Source: a virus (taxonomy: Duplodnaviria > Caudoviricetes). Taken from it: DNA of 45,765 nt. Below are positions 33,847 through 42,965 of this stretch, piece by piece; the first letter of the stretch is position 1; each line of letters starts with the position of its first letter. The notes under the pieces were generated by a model. The model made no database searches. It saw only the letters and a list, made by a program, of their open reading frames with translations, and was not told the origin of the DNA. A program made the translations under genes and the position numbers. The stretch covers positions 1 through 45,765 of the IMG/VR virus record IMGVR_UViG_3300049781_000043; one strand, written 5' to 3'.

Positions 33847-34898
33847 CCACGATGACCGCGCCCGTCGACGCCTCGGCCGCCGGTCGGCCGGACGCGCCGA
33901 CCGCCCGCCTCATCCTTCCCGTTGGCGCCTCCCGCGAGGAGTGGCTGACCGTCCGCCGTGCCGGTATCGGCGGCTCCGACGTCGCCCGGATCCTCGGCCT
34001 CGACGACTACCACGGCCCGCTCCGCGTGTGGGAGGAGAAGGCCGGTTACGAGGAGCCGTCGAACGACCGGATGAAGTGGGGGACGCGCCTGGAGGGCGTG
34101 ATCGCCGAGGGCTTCGAGGAGGAGACCGGTCTCGTCACCGCCGTCCCGGCCGGGACGTTCGCCCACCTCGACCACCCTTGGGCCCTGGCGAACATCGACC
34201 GTCACGTCCTGGAGGACGGGCTCGTCGTCGCCCCGCTGGAGCTGAAGAACAAGAGCGAGTACGTCGCGCGGAAGTGGGAGGGCTCCGAGGAGGCGCCCGA
34301 CTCCCCGGCGATCCAGGCGCATTGGTACACCGCCGTTGGCGGTTACTCGCACTCGTACGTGGCAGCCCTCCTCGGCGGTAACCGGCTGACGATCTTCCGG
34401 CAGGAGCGGAACGAGGAGCTGATCGCCGAGCTGTTCCGCATCTGCGGCGAGTGGTGGCAGCGCCACATCGTCGAGGGCGTCCGGCCGAATGCCGACGGAC
34501 TGAAGGGCACGAAGGATCTCCTCGCCGCCCTCTACGACGTCAAGCCCGAGGCGGTCAAGGAGATCCCCCTCGACGAGGCGAAGGCGCTGCGCGCCCGTTA
34601 CGCCTCCCTGTCGGACCAGACGAAGGAGCTGGAGCGACAGCTCGAAGAGGTCAAGAACCAGATGCGCGACCGCGCGGGCAACGACGCGATCGTCAAGGCC
34701 GGTAAGGGCGTGGCCTGGAAGTGGGCGCCCACCGGCAAGTTCATCGAGAAGACGTTCCGCAAGGAGCACCCGGCCCTCGTCGCCGAGTACACGACCACCG
34801 TCGAGGTCATCGACACCGCCCGGCTCAAGGCCGAGAAGCCCGAGATCCACACGAAGTGCCGTGCGCGCGTGCTGACCGTGCCGGACAAGGAGATCTGA
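33843..34898 (+). CDS. YqaJ/lambda-exonuclease-family recombination nuclease
   Basis: EWLTVRRAGIGGSD, WGTRLE, ANIDR and ELKN motifs. Confidence 0.93.
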   Translation: MTTMTAPVDASAAGRPDAPTARLILPVGASREEWLTVRRAGIGGSDVARILGLDDYHGPLRVWEEKAGYEEPSNDRMKWGTRLEGVIAEGFEEETGLVTAVPAGTFAHLDHPWALANIDRHVLEDGLVVAPLELKNKSEYVARKWEGSEEAPDSPAIQAHWYTAVGGYSHSYVAALLGGNRLTIFRQERNEELIAELFRICGEWWQRHIVEGVRPNADGLKGTKDLLAALYDVKPEAVKEIPLDEAKALRARYASLSDQTKELERQLEEVKNQMRDRAGNDAIVKAGKGVAWKWAPTGKFIEKTFRKEHPALVAEYTTTVEVIDTARLKAEKPEIHTKCRARVLTVPDKEI

Positions 34899-34901
34899 TC
34901 C

Positions 34902-35897
34902 ATGAGCACTGACCTGCTTGCCCGCGTGCGGGCAGCGGCGGCCGGTACCCCCTCGGGGGCCGGCCGCCCGGCCGGGGCCGACGCCGACGAGGCGCCGGCC
35001 GGGACCGTCCCGACCGCACCCGGCAACGCCGAGACCGTCGAGGCGCTGCACACCTGGCTGACCCGGTACGAGGGCCACATCGCCCGCCGTCTGCCCTCGC
35101 ACGTCGAGGCTGGGGCGTTCCTGGCGGCCGTCCGTGACCGGCTCCCGGCGCTGGAAGGGTGCTCTCCGGCGAGCATCCTGGACGCGGTCCTCGCCTGCGC
35201 GTCGTTCGGCTTCGTGCCCGATGGCCGTGAGGCGGTCCTGACCCGGGACGGTGCCCTCGCGGTGTTCATCCCGACGTACCGCGGCTTCGTCAAGGCGATG
35301 CACAACTCGGGTGTCGTCACCTCGGTCCGGGTCGAGTTCGTCTACGAGGGCGAGGAGTTCGTCTACGAGCCGACGGCCCCGGCCCCGCTCGACCTCACGC
35401 ACCGGCCGAACCTGTCCGTGCCGAAGGCCAAGAGGGGCGAGCCGAAGTTCGCGTACGCCTTCGCCTGGCTGCGCGGCGGGGACCGGTCTCAGCCGGTCAT
35501 CCTGTCCCGCGAAGACGCCGAGGAGATCCGCGACAAGTACAGCCGGGCGTATCAGCGGGCCGTCGACGCGGGCCGCGAGGATTCGTTCTGGCACACGGAC
35601 TTCTGGGCCATGGCCCGGAAGTCGTGCATCCGGCGCCTGGTCAAGGTGGTGCCGACGTCGGCCGAGCTGCGCGCCCTGGAGGCGGTCGACGACGCGGCCG
35701 ACGAGCGTCGCCCCCAGCTCGACCACGCCCCGGACCCGGAGGCCGCCGCGCTGGTCGCCGAGGCCGAGCGTGCCGCGAAGGCCGCTGAGGGGTCGCAGGA
35801 CGTTTCCCCGGCCCGGCTGCCGGTCAAGGCCAAGGGACGCCGGTCGAAGCCGAAGAAGCAGCGCGGCGGGCGCCGTGGTGCTCGGGGTCGTGCGTGA
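34902..35897 (+). CDS. recT: RecT-family ssDNA annealing protein
   Basis: CSPASILDAV, YRGFV, VYEGEEF and W.TDF.AMARKS motifs; follows YqaJ. Confidence 0.9.
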   Translation: MSTDLLARVRAAAAGTPSGAGRPAGADADEAPAGTVPTAPGNAETVEALHTWLTRYEGHIARRLPSHVEAGAFLAAVRDRLPALEGCSPASILDAVLACASFGFVPDGREAVLTRDGALAVFIPTYRGFVKAMHNSGVVTSVRVEFVYEGEEFVYEPTAPAPLDLTHRPNLSVPKAKRGEPKFAYAFAWLRGGDRSQPVILSREDAEEIRDKYSRAYQRAVDAGREDSFWHTDFWAMARKSCIRRLVKVVPTSAELRALEAVDDAADERRPQLDHAPDPEAAALVAEAERAAKAAEGSQDVSPARLPVKAKGRRSKPKKQRGGRRGARGRA

Positions 35898-36622
35898 TGA
35901 GCTGGCTGAACCTGCCATTCGTCGGCCTCGACTTCGAGACAACCGGGGTGGACCCGGAGTCCGATCGGGTCGTGTCGGCCGCCGTCGTCCTTCGGGGCGG
36001 CGGTCGGCCGACCGTCCGGCGGACCTGGCTCGCTGACCCGGGCGTCGAGATCCCGGCCGAGGCCACGGCGGTGCACGGCATCACGACCGAGCACGCCCGT
36101 ACGGCCGGCCGTCCGGCCGCCGAGGTCGTCGAGGAGGTGGCCGCCTCCGTGACGGAGGCGGTCGCCGCCGGGTCGCCGCTGGTCGTGATGAACGCGCCGT
36201 TCGACCTGACCATGCTGGACCGGGAACTCCGCCGGTACAGCCTGACCCCGCTTGTCGACCGGTGCACGCCGTACGTCCTCGACCCGCGCGTCCTGGACAA
36301 GCGGGTCAGCCGCCGTCGTGGCTCGCGGACGCTGACCGACCTCGCTCGGCACTACGTGGTGCCGCTGTACGGTGCGCACTCGGCCGAGGCCGATGCTGTC
36401 GCCGCCTGCGCGGTCACCTACAAGATCGCCCACCGGTACCGGTTCCTCGCCGACACCTCGCTCCCGCGGCTCCACGCCGAACAGATCAAGTGGGCCGCAA
36501 GCCAGCAAGAGGGGTTGCGCGAGTACTTCGCGCGGACGCCCGGCAAGGAGCACCAGGCCCCCGGCGTGCGCCTGGACTGGCCGATGATCCCGGTTCCCGT
36601 GGCGACGGGCAGCAGCCGGTGA
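35894..36622 (+). CDS. DnaQ-like DEDDh 3'-5' exonuclease
   Basis: DFETTG, VHGIT, NAPFD and HSAEADA motifs. Confidence 0.93.
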   Translation: MMSWLNLPFVGLDFETTGVDPESDRVVSAAVVLRGGGRPTVRRTWLADPGVEIPAEATAVHGITTEHARTAGRPAAEVVEEVAASVTEAVAAGSPLVVMNAPFDLTMLDRELRRYSLTPLVDRCTPYVLDPRVLDKRVSRRRGSRTLTDLARHYVVPLYGAHSAEADAVAACAVTYKIAHRYRFLADTSLPRLHAEQIKWAASQQEGLREYFARTPGKEHQAPGVRLDWPMIPVPVATGSSR

Positions 36623-36795
36623 CCGCGGCCCTGTTGGGCGTCCTCGTCGGGGTGGGCGGCGCCGGGCTCGGCGTCGTCGCCCCGGCCGTCCTGGCGGGCG
36701 CGATCGAGCGCGCCCTCTCCTTTCTGTCTCTCTCGGGTGTCGATCGTGCTGAGGCCACGATCGCCGCCCCTGTCCGCCCCGAGGTGCCGCGATGA
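36619..36795 (+). CDS. Small membrane protein
   Basis: GTGA and ATGA overlaps at both ends; hydrophobic. Confidence 0.55.
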   Translation: MTAALLGVLVGVGGAGLGVVAPAVLAGAIERALSFLSLSGVDRAEATIAAPVRPEVPR

Positions 36796-37508
36796 CTGAC
36801 GACGAATTCCCCCAGCCCTTTGGTCCGCTGTACGAGCGGCCCAAGTCCAAGGAATGCCCCAACTGCTCGTGCTGCTCGGAGAAGCTGTGCGAGCACGGCG
36901 CGCGGTCCACGATGCGGTGCTCCGGCCTGACGGACACCGACACCATGCAGCTCGTCTCCGGCTGCCCGTGCTCAGCGGAGACGACGGAGGGCACGCACGC
37001 GTGGCGGGCCGCCCGGATCCGCATCACGAGGCACGCCACCGAGCGGCCTCTCCGGGCCTCGGTCGCGCTGTTGCTGCGCGTCCTGGAGCGCGCCGAGGGC
37101 GGGCCGGTCGAGGACCCGGAGGACATGCTCAGGAGGCTCACGGCGTACGGGTACGCCGCGGTGACCGAGGACGGCCGTCCGGTGATCACTGCGTTCGGCC
37201 GGCGCTACCTGGAGGCCCGCACCGAGCAGCGGTTCGCCACCCCCGTCCAGGTCGAGACCGTCGACCACCAGGCGCGCACCGCACAGGTCATCGTCGTCGG
37301 CTGGGACCTGGGGCGCGCGGTCACCGTGCTCCTGGACCAGCTCGTCACCGAGACCGGCCTGAAGGCCGAGGAGCTGCCCGGGACGTTCCTGGAGGCGGAT
37401 GCCAACTGCCGTGCCGCGACGGCCGACGAGATCGTCCTGACGAAGGTCCGCCTCGCGCCCGACCTGCCTGACGGATGGATGGACGGGAGCGTCACCAGTG
37501 CCGATTGA
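36792..37508 (+). CDS. Hypothetical multidomain protein (Cys cluster, wHTH-like segment, C-terminal domain)
   Basis: CPNCSCC...C...C...CPC; ITAFGRRYL. Confidence 0.7.
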   Translation: MTDDEFPQPFGPLYERPKSKECPNCSCCSEKLCEHGARSTMRCSGLTDTDTMQLVSGCPCSAETTEGTHAWRAARIRITRHATERPLRASVALLLRVLERAEGGPVEDPEDMLRRLTAYGYAAVTEDGRPVITAFGRRYLEARTEQRFATPVQVETVDHQARTAQVIVVGWDLGRAVTVLLDQLVTETGLKAEELPGTFLEADANCRAATADEIVLTKVRLAPDLPDGWMDGSVTSAD

Positions 37509-38340
37509 CAAGCCGCTGAAGACGGTCATCACCGTCCTCGACGTCGAGCCGAACACCCGGCTCGGATGCTGTGACGTGGACGGCCCGGCCGTGTGGGTCA
37601 AGGTGACTGCCTGGACGCCGCGGCGGGCGTTCCTGACGGACGCGTTGCCGTTCATGGAGGTCTCGGGGAAGGCGGCTGAGGATCTGCCCGGCCTGCGGTT
37701 CTTCGCGGACCTCGACGTGAACAACCCCCCGGGCAACGACGACACCTCGGGTGAACACCTGGTGTGGCCCGAGCTGGGCCTGTGCCCGCCGGTGCCGCGC
37801 GAGTGGCTGCCCGAGGGGGAGCAGGGCCCGGCGCCGTTCGGGCTGACGTACCCGACGCCCGCGCTCACCGTGGCCGTGCTCGGTGACCCGGGCCCACAGG
37901 GCAGTAAGACGCACGTCGGAGGCGGCCGCATGGTCGAGTCCTCGGCGAAGGTCCGCCCCTGGCGGGACACGGTCGCCTGGACCGCGATCCGGGAGCGGAA
38001 CCGGGTCCGCGGCTGGCAGCCCTTGACGGGGGCCGTGGCGCTCGGGCTCACCTTCACCGTGGTCCGGCCGAAGTCGCATTACGGGACCGGCCGCAACGCC
38101 ACCCGGATCCGCCCCTCGGCCCCGGCGCGGCCGATCTCGACGCCGGACCTGGACAAGCTGATCCGGTCGACTCAGGACGCGCTGAAGACCGCGCGGATCC
38201 TGCGCGATGACTCCCTCGTCGTCGAGTACCGGGACACCGGCAAGTGGTACGACACCGACCACGGCGTGCCCGGCGTCCTCGACGCGGCCGGGTGCACCAT
38301 CCGCGTGTGGTCCCTGGAGCCCCCGGGGGCCGACCGGTGA
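37498..38340 (+). CDS. rusA: RusA-family Holliday junction resolvase with N-terminal extension
   Basis: GDPGPQGSK, PDLDKLIRSTQDAL and DDSLV motifs. Confidence 0.9.
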   Translation: MPIDKPLKTVITVLDVEPNTRLGCCDVDGPAVWVKVTAWTPRRAFLTDALPFMEVSGKAAEDLPGLRFFADLDVNNPPGNDDTSGEHLVWPELGLCPPVPREWLPEGEQGPAPFGLTYPTPALTVAVLGDPGPQGSKTHVGGGRMVESSAKVRPWRDTVAWTAIRERNRVRGWQPLTGAVALGLTFTVVRPKSHYGTGRNATRIRPSAPARPISTPDLDKLIRSTQDALKTARILRDDSLVVEYRDTGKWYDTDHGVPGVLDAAGCTIRVWSLEPPGADR

Positions 38341-38786
38341 CCGCCGTGAGCTACGAGGCGATTGCCCGCGCGTTCGCGGCCGGGGACCCGCGAGAGCTGT
38401 CGGACCGGGGCCTCGCGGACCGGTTCGGGTGCAAGGTCGAGTTTGTCGCCCGGGTGCGCCGCGAGGCCGGTCTCCCCCGGTACACGCGCCGCGCCCGGTC
38501 GATCAGGGAGCGGGTCGAGGTGAAGGTCCGGGAGCTGTCCCGGCCGGTCGGCGATGGTCACCAGGAGTGGGCCGGGCAGGTCTCCGGCGACGGCGTTCCT
38601 GTGGTCCGTGTCCCCGGGCTCTGCACGACGGTCGGCCGGGTCGCCTTTCAGATGGCGAACGGCCGGCCGCCCGAGGGGAACGTCAAGCCCGGTTGCGCGC
38701 TGGCGCATTGCGTGGCCCCCGGGTGCCAGACGGACCGGCCGATAAGAGCGGCGCTGCGCGCACCCGTGGCGGGGGTGGGGGCGTGA
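38337..38786 (+). CDS. HTH plus degenerate HNH-like protein
   Basis: SDRGLADRFG...VARVRR; GHQEWAG...RVAF...C....CVAP. Confidence 0.55.
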   Translation: MTAVSYEAIARAFAAGDPRELSDRGLADRFGCKVEFVARVRREAGLPRYTRRARSIRERVEVKVRELSRPVGDGHQEWAGQVSGDGVPVVRVPGLCTTVGRVAFQMANGRPPEGNVKPGCALAHCVAPGCQTDRPIRAALRAPVAGVGA

Positions 38787-39067
38787 GGACGGATCTCGCG
38801 AACGCCCGGCTCCCGCGCGCGGTGCTGCTGCCGGGGGCGTCGTGGCACGGACACATCGACCTCGTGGCCGTGGACCTGGTCCTCGCCGGGCGTCGGCCCG
38901 CGTCGATCCTCGACGACGACCACCGGCTCTACGCCATCGCCATGCGCCCGGGGACGATCCGGGGCAAGGCGCGGATCCTCGGCCTCGCCGAGCTGACCGT
39001 CGCCCGGTACACGCCCGAGGGCCAGGTCGAGGACGGTCCCGCCCGGGACGGCGGTGGTTCGCCGTGA
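38783..39067 (+). CDS. Hypothetical HTH-like protein
   Basis: GTGA overlap; IDLVAVD...ARILGLAELTVARY. Confidence 0.6.
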   Translation: MRTDLANARLPRAVLLPGASWHGHIDLVAVDLVLAGRRPASILDDDHRLYAIAMRPGTIRGKARILGLAELTVARYTPEGQVEDGPARDGGGSP

Positions 39068-39408
39068 ACGTGCTGGACGTCCTGATCGGCATTGCCGAGG
39101 TGGTCGAGACGGTGGGCGACACCGGCGACGTGTGGGGTCCCGCGCTGCTCGGCGCGGGCCTCGCCGTCGGCCTGTGGCGTATGCGCCCCCGGGGCGGACG
39201 GCACCGGACGCCGTCCGCCCGCTGGGCGTCCGTACGGACGACCGGGCGGACGGTGACGCGGACGGTCGCGGGGACCGTCCGGGCTGCCCTCGTCCGTCTC
39301 CGTCCGTCCTCCCCGGACGCGCCCCCTGTGAGCTGCGCGGACGGCCGTCCGGCCGTGCCCGCGGACGGTCGTCCGCCCGAGGGCGGACGCGAGGACGGGA
39401 GTGGCTGA
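39064..39408 (+). CDS. Putative membrane protein
   Basis: GTGA overlap; one TM segment; GGRHR; repeat-rich 3' half. Confidence 0.55.
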   Translation: MNVLDVLIGIAEVVETVGDTGDVWGPALLGAGLAVGLWRMRPRGGRHRTPSARWASVRTTGRTVTRTVAGTVRAALVRLRPSSPDAPPVSCADGRPAVPADGRPPEGGREDGSG

Positions 39409-39740
39409 TGCTCGACAACTCCGTGTTTCGTCGCCCCAATCTGGCGCCCGACACCCTCCCTCGCCCCGAGCACTGGGGGAGGCACGCCGCGTGCCGCAAC
39501 GCCGAGAAGGGCCTGTTCTTCCCCGAGGACCAGGGGGCGGCCGAGTCGCTGATCGCGGAGCAGGCCAAGAGCTACTGCCGGCGCTGCCCGGCCGTGGACG
39601 ACTGCCTCGCGGAGGCGCTGCAACGCGGCGAGAGGTTCGGCGTGTGGGGAGGGATGACCGCCCCCGAGCGCCGCGCGCTGCTGCGCCGTCGACGCGAGGA
39701 GGCGAAGCGTGGGCCGGAGCCAGCCCAAGCGGCGGCCTGA
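39408..39740 (+). CDS. whiB: WhiB-family Fe-S transcription factor
   Basis: AAC...LFF...AKSYCRRCPAVDDC...FGVWGG...ER. Confidence 0.95.
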   Translation: MLDNSVFRRPNLAPDTLPRPEHWGRHAACRNAEKGLFFPEDQGAAESLIAEQAKSYCRRCPAVDDCLAEALQRGERFGVWGGMTAPERRALLRRRREEAKRGPEPAQAAA

Positions 39741-39957
39741 CTGGACCCCGGGGCGGCTCCTGGACTGGACCGCCTCGAAGCACTGGGACCGCCAAGGACC
39801 CCGGCCGTGCCGGTACTGCGGCGGTCCGACACAGCTACGCGACAGCGACAGGAAGCCAGCGCACAAGACGTGCGCGGAGGCGGCCCTCGACCAGCAGGCC
39901 GAGGACGCCCAAGCCGCCTACTACAACGCGGGAGGCCGTGAATGGCAGTCCAGATGA
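39709..39957 (+). CDS. Zn-finger-like hypothetical protein
   Basis: GGAGG RBS; HWD..PRPCRYC..PT.LRD...AHKTC. Confidence 0.7.
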   Translation: MGRSQPKRRPDWTPGRLLDWTASKHWDRQGPRPCRYCGGPTQLRDSDRKPAHKTCAEAALDQQAEDAQAAYYNAGGREWQSR

Positions 39958-40151
39958 CCGGGCTCGGGCCCGGCGACTACTCGGAGATCGTCGATTGCCT
40001 GCTGCTGGGCTCGGCCGTGTGCGCGGAGACCTCGCCCGAGCTGTGCGCGTACCGGCAGCGCCTCGCCGACCAGATCGGCGACGCCCTCGACACCCTCCCC
40101 GACCGGCGCCGCACCAGGACCGTCCCGGCCACCGTGCCGGCCGCTGCATGA
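39942..40151 (+). CDS. Hypothetical protein
   Basis: GGAGG RBS, high GC3. Confidence 0.65.
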   Translation: MAVQMTGLGPGDYSEIVDCLLLGSAVCAETSPELCAYRQRLADQIGDALDTLPDRRRTRTVPATVPAAA

Positions 40152-40165
40152 GAGGAGCCGCCCCG

Positions 40166-40402
40166 ATGACGACCGCTGTGCGCGACGGCCGCCGCGTCAC
40201 CTACCGGCCGCGCATGAACCCCGCCGAGCGCGCCCGCACGGCCGCCCGGCTCCGCGAGGAGTACGACCAGGGCAGCTCTGTGCGGAGTGTCGCCGACGGT
40301 GCCGGGCTGTCGTACGGCACCGCGTACCGGCTGCTCCTGTCGGCCGGGACGACGCTGCGCGACCGCGCCGGCCGACTGCCCGGCGCCCCGACCACCTCCT
40401 GA
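40166..40402 (+). CDS. Small HTH DNA-binding protein
   Basis: GAGGAG RBS; YDQGSSVRSVADGAGLSYGTAYRLL..AGTTLR. Confidence 0.8.
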   Translation: MTTAVRDGRRVTYRPRMNPAERARTAARLREEYDQGSSVRSVADGAGLSYGTAYRLLLSAGTTLRDRAGRLPGAPTTS

Positions 40403-40423
40403 CCCACGGAACGGACACCACCC

Positions 40424-40765
40424 ATGCACAAGCGCTCCAGACCGAGCCCGTCCATGGTCCTCGGCGCCCTCGCGCTCGTGGTCCTCCTCGTCGTCGCGGC
40501 ATGCGCCCGCATCCAGGGCGACGACGACGGTCCCTGTGACGACGTCGGGACGTCGGCCGCCGTGGCGGGGACCTTCAAGCCCCGGCCGCCCGCCAGGCCC
40601 GCGGCTCCGGCCGCGCCGCCGCGCGTGTCGGTGAGCAAGGCCCCGGCCGCTCCGCCCCGGTCGGTGAGCAAGGTGCCGGCCGCCACGGCGACCCGCACGG
40701 TCACCGCCAAGCCCGGACACGGCAGCAGCCACGGTCACGTGGACGTGGACCTCGATTGCGGCTGA
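40424..40765 (+). CDS. Secreted/lipoprotein-like Pro-Ala-rich protein
   Basis: Basic N-terminus, hydrophobic stretch ending VAAC; repeated APPRxVSK. Confidence 0.6.
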   Translation: MHKRSRPSPSMVLGALALVVLLVVAACARIQGDDDGPCDDVGTSAAVAGTFKPRPPARPAAPAAPPRVSVSKAPAAPPRSVSKVPAATATRTVTAKPGHGSSHGHVDVDLDCG

Positions 40766-40779
40766 AGGAGACACCTCTC

Positions 40780-40929
40780 ATGACCTGGCCTCGGTTCTGG
40801 TGGGGGCTCGTTGCTGGAGCAGCCGCGGGCGCCATCACCTACGCCATCCCGCCGTTCCGCGTGTACGCGCCCCTCGTGGCTCTCGTCGTGTTCGTCCTGG
40901 TCTGGCTCGGCGAGTACATCGGCGACTGA
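40780..40929 (+). CDS. 49-aa two-TM membrane protein (absent from ORF track)
   Basis: AAGGAG RBS; MTWPRFWWGLVAGAAAGAITYAIPPFRVYAPLVALVVFVLVWLGEYIGD. Confidence 0.7.
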   Translation: MTWPRFWWGLVAGAAAGAITYAIPPFRVYAPLVALVVFVLVWLGEYIGD

Positions 40930-41026
40930 CCAGGCCGCGCGGGTCCGGGCGATTCCCCCATGGCGACCGGACCCGCGCCCCCTCATGTCCCCCTGCATCC
41001 CTCGGGCGTTCGGAAGGAGATGACCG

Positions 41027-41329
41027 ATGCCCCAACCCTCGTACTGCCGGGTCTGTGGTGCCCCGATCCGCTGGACCCTCACCAAGGCTCACAAGCGGCT
41101 CGCCGTCGACCTGGAGCCCGACCCGAGCGGCAACACGGCCGTCAGCCGGAACGGCCTCGGGACGTGGCTGTCGCGTCGGCCGACGGAGGAGCTGCCCGTC
41201 GCGCCCCATGAGAAGCTGCACACGCCCCACGCGGCCACCTGCAAGCGCCCGGAGCCCAAGCCCACCACCCGGCGCCTCGGCGTGGTCAACCTCGCCGACG
41301 CGCGACGGCGGCGGGGCGGCAGCCGATGA
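41027..41329 (+). CDS. Zn-finger-like hypothetical protein
   Basis: CRVCGAPIRW...VDLEPDPSGN...HAATC. Confidence 0.75.
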   Translation: MPQPSYCRVCGAPIRWTLTKAHKRLAVDLEPDPSGNTAVSRNGLGTWLSRRPTEELPVAPHEKLHTPHAATCKRPEPKPTTRRLGVVNLADARRRRGGSR

Positions 41330-41553
41330 CCCCGGCCTTCGTGCCCCCGGCCGGCCTGTGCGCCCTGTGCGGGCACGAGCGGCACCTGTCCGCGCACCGG
41401 TCGACGCGCGACGGGCTCCGCCGTCTGCTGTGCACGCCGTGCTACTCCTCCGCGACCCTCGCCGAGGAGTCCGGCCACCCCGTCGACTGGCAGCAGGCCG
41501 CGGCGACGGGCGGCGACGACGACCTCCTCCGCTGGCTCGGTGGAGAGCTGTGA
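41326..41553 (+). CDS. Zn-finger-like hypothetical protein
   Basis: ATGA overlap; CALC...LCTPCY. Confidence 0.65.
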   Translation: MTPAFVPPAGLCALCGHERHLSAHRSTRDGLRRLLCTPCYSSATLAEESGHPVDWQQAAATGGDDDLLRWLGGEL

Positions 41554-41571
41554 CCCGCCGGACGAACGGAA

Positions 41572-41596
41572 GGAGGGCGGCACACGGCCGCCCTCC
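41572..41596. terminator. Hairpin between convergent operons
   Basis: GGAGGGCGGC-ACACG-GCCGCCCTCC. Confidence 0.75.
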
Positions 41597-41615
41597 GTTT
41601 CGCTGCGCGCTGCCC

Positions 41616-42056
41616 TCAGCCGCGCATCTGTCGTTCGATCACCTCCACCGGCTCACCGAGCCATTCGGCAAGCTCCTCGGCGTCGACCTTGCTCTCCAGC
41701 CACTCGACCAGCGCCTCACACAGGCTTTCGGGGATGCCGTCGATCGGCTCCGGCTCGGCGGGCTCCCGGTCCAGCGCGTCGACGTTCACCCACCGGCCTT
41801 CGGGGTCGGCCTCCTTGAGGGCCACAGCGAAGCCCTCGACGTCGTCTCGACCGGAGGCCAGCAGCTCGCCCATGAGGTTGTCACGGACCTCCCAGTCCGC
41901 TTTGCCATCGTCGCCGTAGGAGCCGACCTGCCCCATGGTGACGATGATCTTCCCTGCGGCTTTCAGGCGCGCGGCCGCCGTGTCGTATGCGTCTTGCACC
42001 TGTTCATTGGCGGCGAGCCACTTGCGGACGTACGCCTTGACGAGGTCGTCGGACAT
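41616..42056 (-). CDS. Acidic hypothetical protein
   Basis: GGGAG RBS, high GC3 on minus strand. Confidence 0.7.
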   Translation of the reverse strand: MSDDLVKAYVRKWLAANEQVQDAYDTAAARLKAAGKIIVTMGQVGSYGDDGKADWEVRDNLMGELLASGRDDVEGFAVALKEADPEGRWVNVDALDREPAEPEPIDGIPESLCEALVEWLESKVDAEELAEWLGEPVEVIERQMRG

Positions 42057-42101
42057 GCAGGTCTCTCCCGGTGGTATCGAGCGGTCGGATGGGGCTGGCT
42101 G

Positions 42102-42587
42102 TCAGCCGAGACGGGCCGCCATGTCCCGCAGGCTGGCGATCTCGGCGCGCTCGGCGTTGCTGACCGGGAACACCTCGTCGACCCCGGGAACGGGCGCCAC
42201 AGGACCGATCCGGTCCTCCTCGACCCACAACACCCCGGCCGCCGCGAGGAGGTCGAGGAGGTCGGCGCACGTGCGCACCGGGCCGCGGTCGTACGCCGCG
42301 GCGTACCGGTCGAGCGTGGCGACCTGGTCCGCGTCCTCATCGAGGCTGTACCAGCAGGGCGCCGCCCAGCGGTCGCCGTCGACGGGCTCGACGGGCAGGA
42401 CCCCGCCGAGCTCGGCGCGGGTGACCGCGCGGCCCCGGTTCGCTACCGCACCGAGGACCTGGGCACCGGCCGAGGGCAGCGCCCGCAGCCAGCCGCCGGC
42501 GAGCTGCTGGCGCGCCATTCGGTCGGCGATGTCCGGCGCCCACTCCTCCAGCCGGGCCCGGTGCGGCTCCTCGGGGATCGTCGTCAT
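42102..42587 (-). CDS. Hypothetical protein
   Basis: AGGAG RBS, high GC3 on minus strand. Confidence 0.7.
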   Translation of the reverse strand: MTTIPEEPHRARLEEWAPDIADRMARQQLAGGWLRALPSAGAQVLGAVANRGRAVTRAELGGVLPVEPVDGDRWAAPCWYSLDEDADQVATLDRYAAAYDRGPVRTCADLLDLLAAAGVLWVEEDRIGPVAPVPGVDEVFPVSNAERAEIASLRDMAARLG

Positions 42588-42623
42588 CGTCGTGCGTCTC
42601 CTAGTCGGTCACAGGACGGCGGG

Positions 42624-42836
42624 TCAGGCGCTCTTGTCCCTCAGTGCCTTTACCACTGCGTCGTACCACTCGGGCGTAACCAGCATGATCTTTCGCTTCC
42701 CCCGGACGGTGAAGGCGCTCACCCGGTCTCGTTCGCGTGCGTCCTCGATGAGGGACGTCAGCAGCGCGCGGGCGTCGGTGAGGCGGACCTCCTGTACGCC
42801 GTCGGGGGCGATTCGAGTCTCGGGCTTCGCGGTCAT
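42624..42836 (-). CDS. Phd/YefM-like antitoxin-fold protein
   Basis: EVRLTDARALLTSLIEDA...FTVRGKRKIMLVTPEWY; TACACT 6 nt before ATG (leaderless). Confidence 0.7.
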   Translation of the reverse strand: MTAKPETRIAPDGVQEVRLTDARALLTSLIEDARERDRVSAFTVRGKRKIMLVTPEWYDAVVKALRDKSA

Positions 42837-42965
42837 GGCAAGAGTGTAAGACATTGCCACTCTCGAAAGAGTGGTGAGAGTTGCAAAACTTTAAAGTTCG
42901 CGGTTGGATGTCGACCACGAGCCACCGCGGCTCGAACTCCCCACCAGTACGACGAGGAGCGCCAC

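Noticed and set aside
40787-40808. GGCCTCGGTTCTGGTGGGGGC as a tenth leader element
   Set aside because: Shares only GGTTCTGG, lacks GGCCG, and lies inside a coding region
40800-42965. 5' part of the 1090-aa ORF 40800-44072
   Set aside because: Shadow of real genes, including three on the minus strand; credible start is TTG 42966 with GAGGAG RBS
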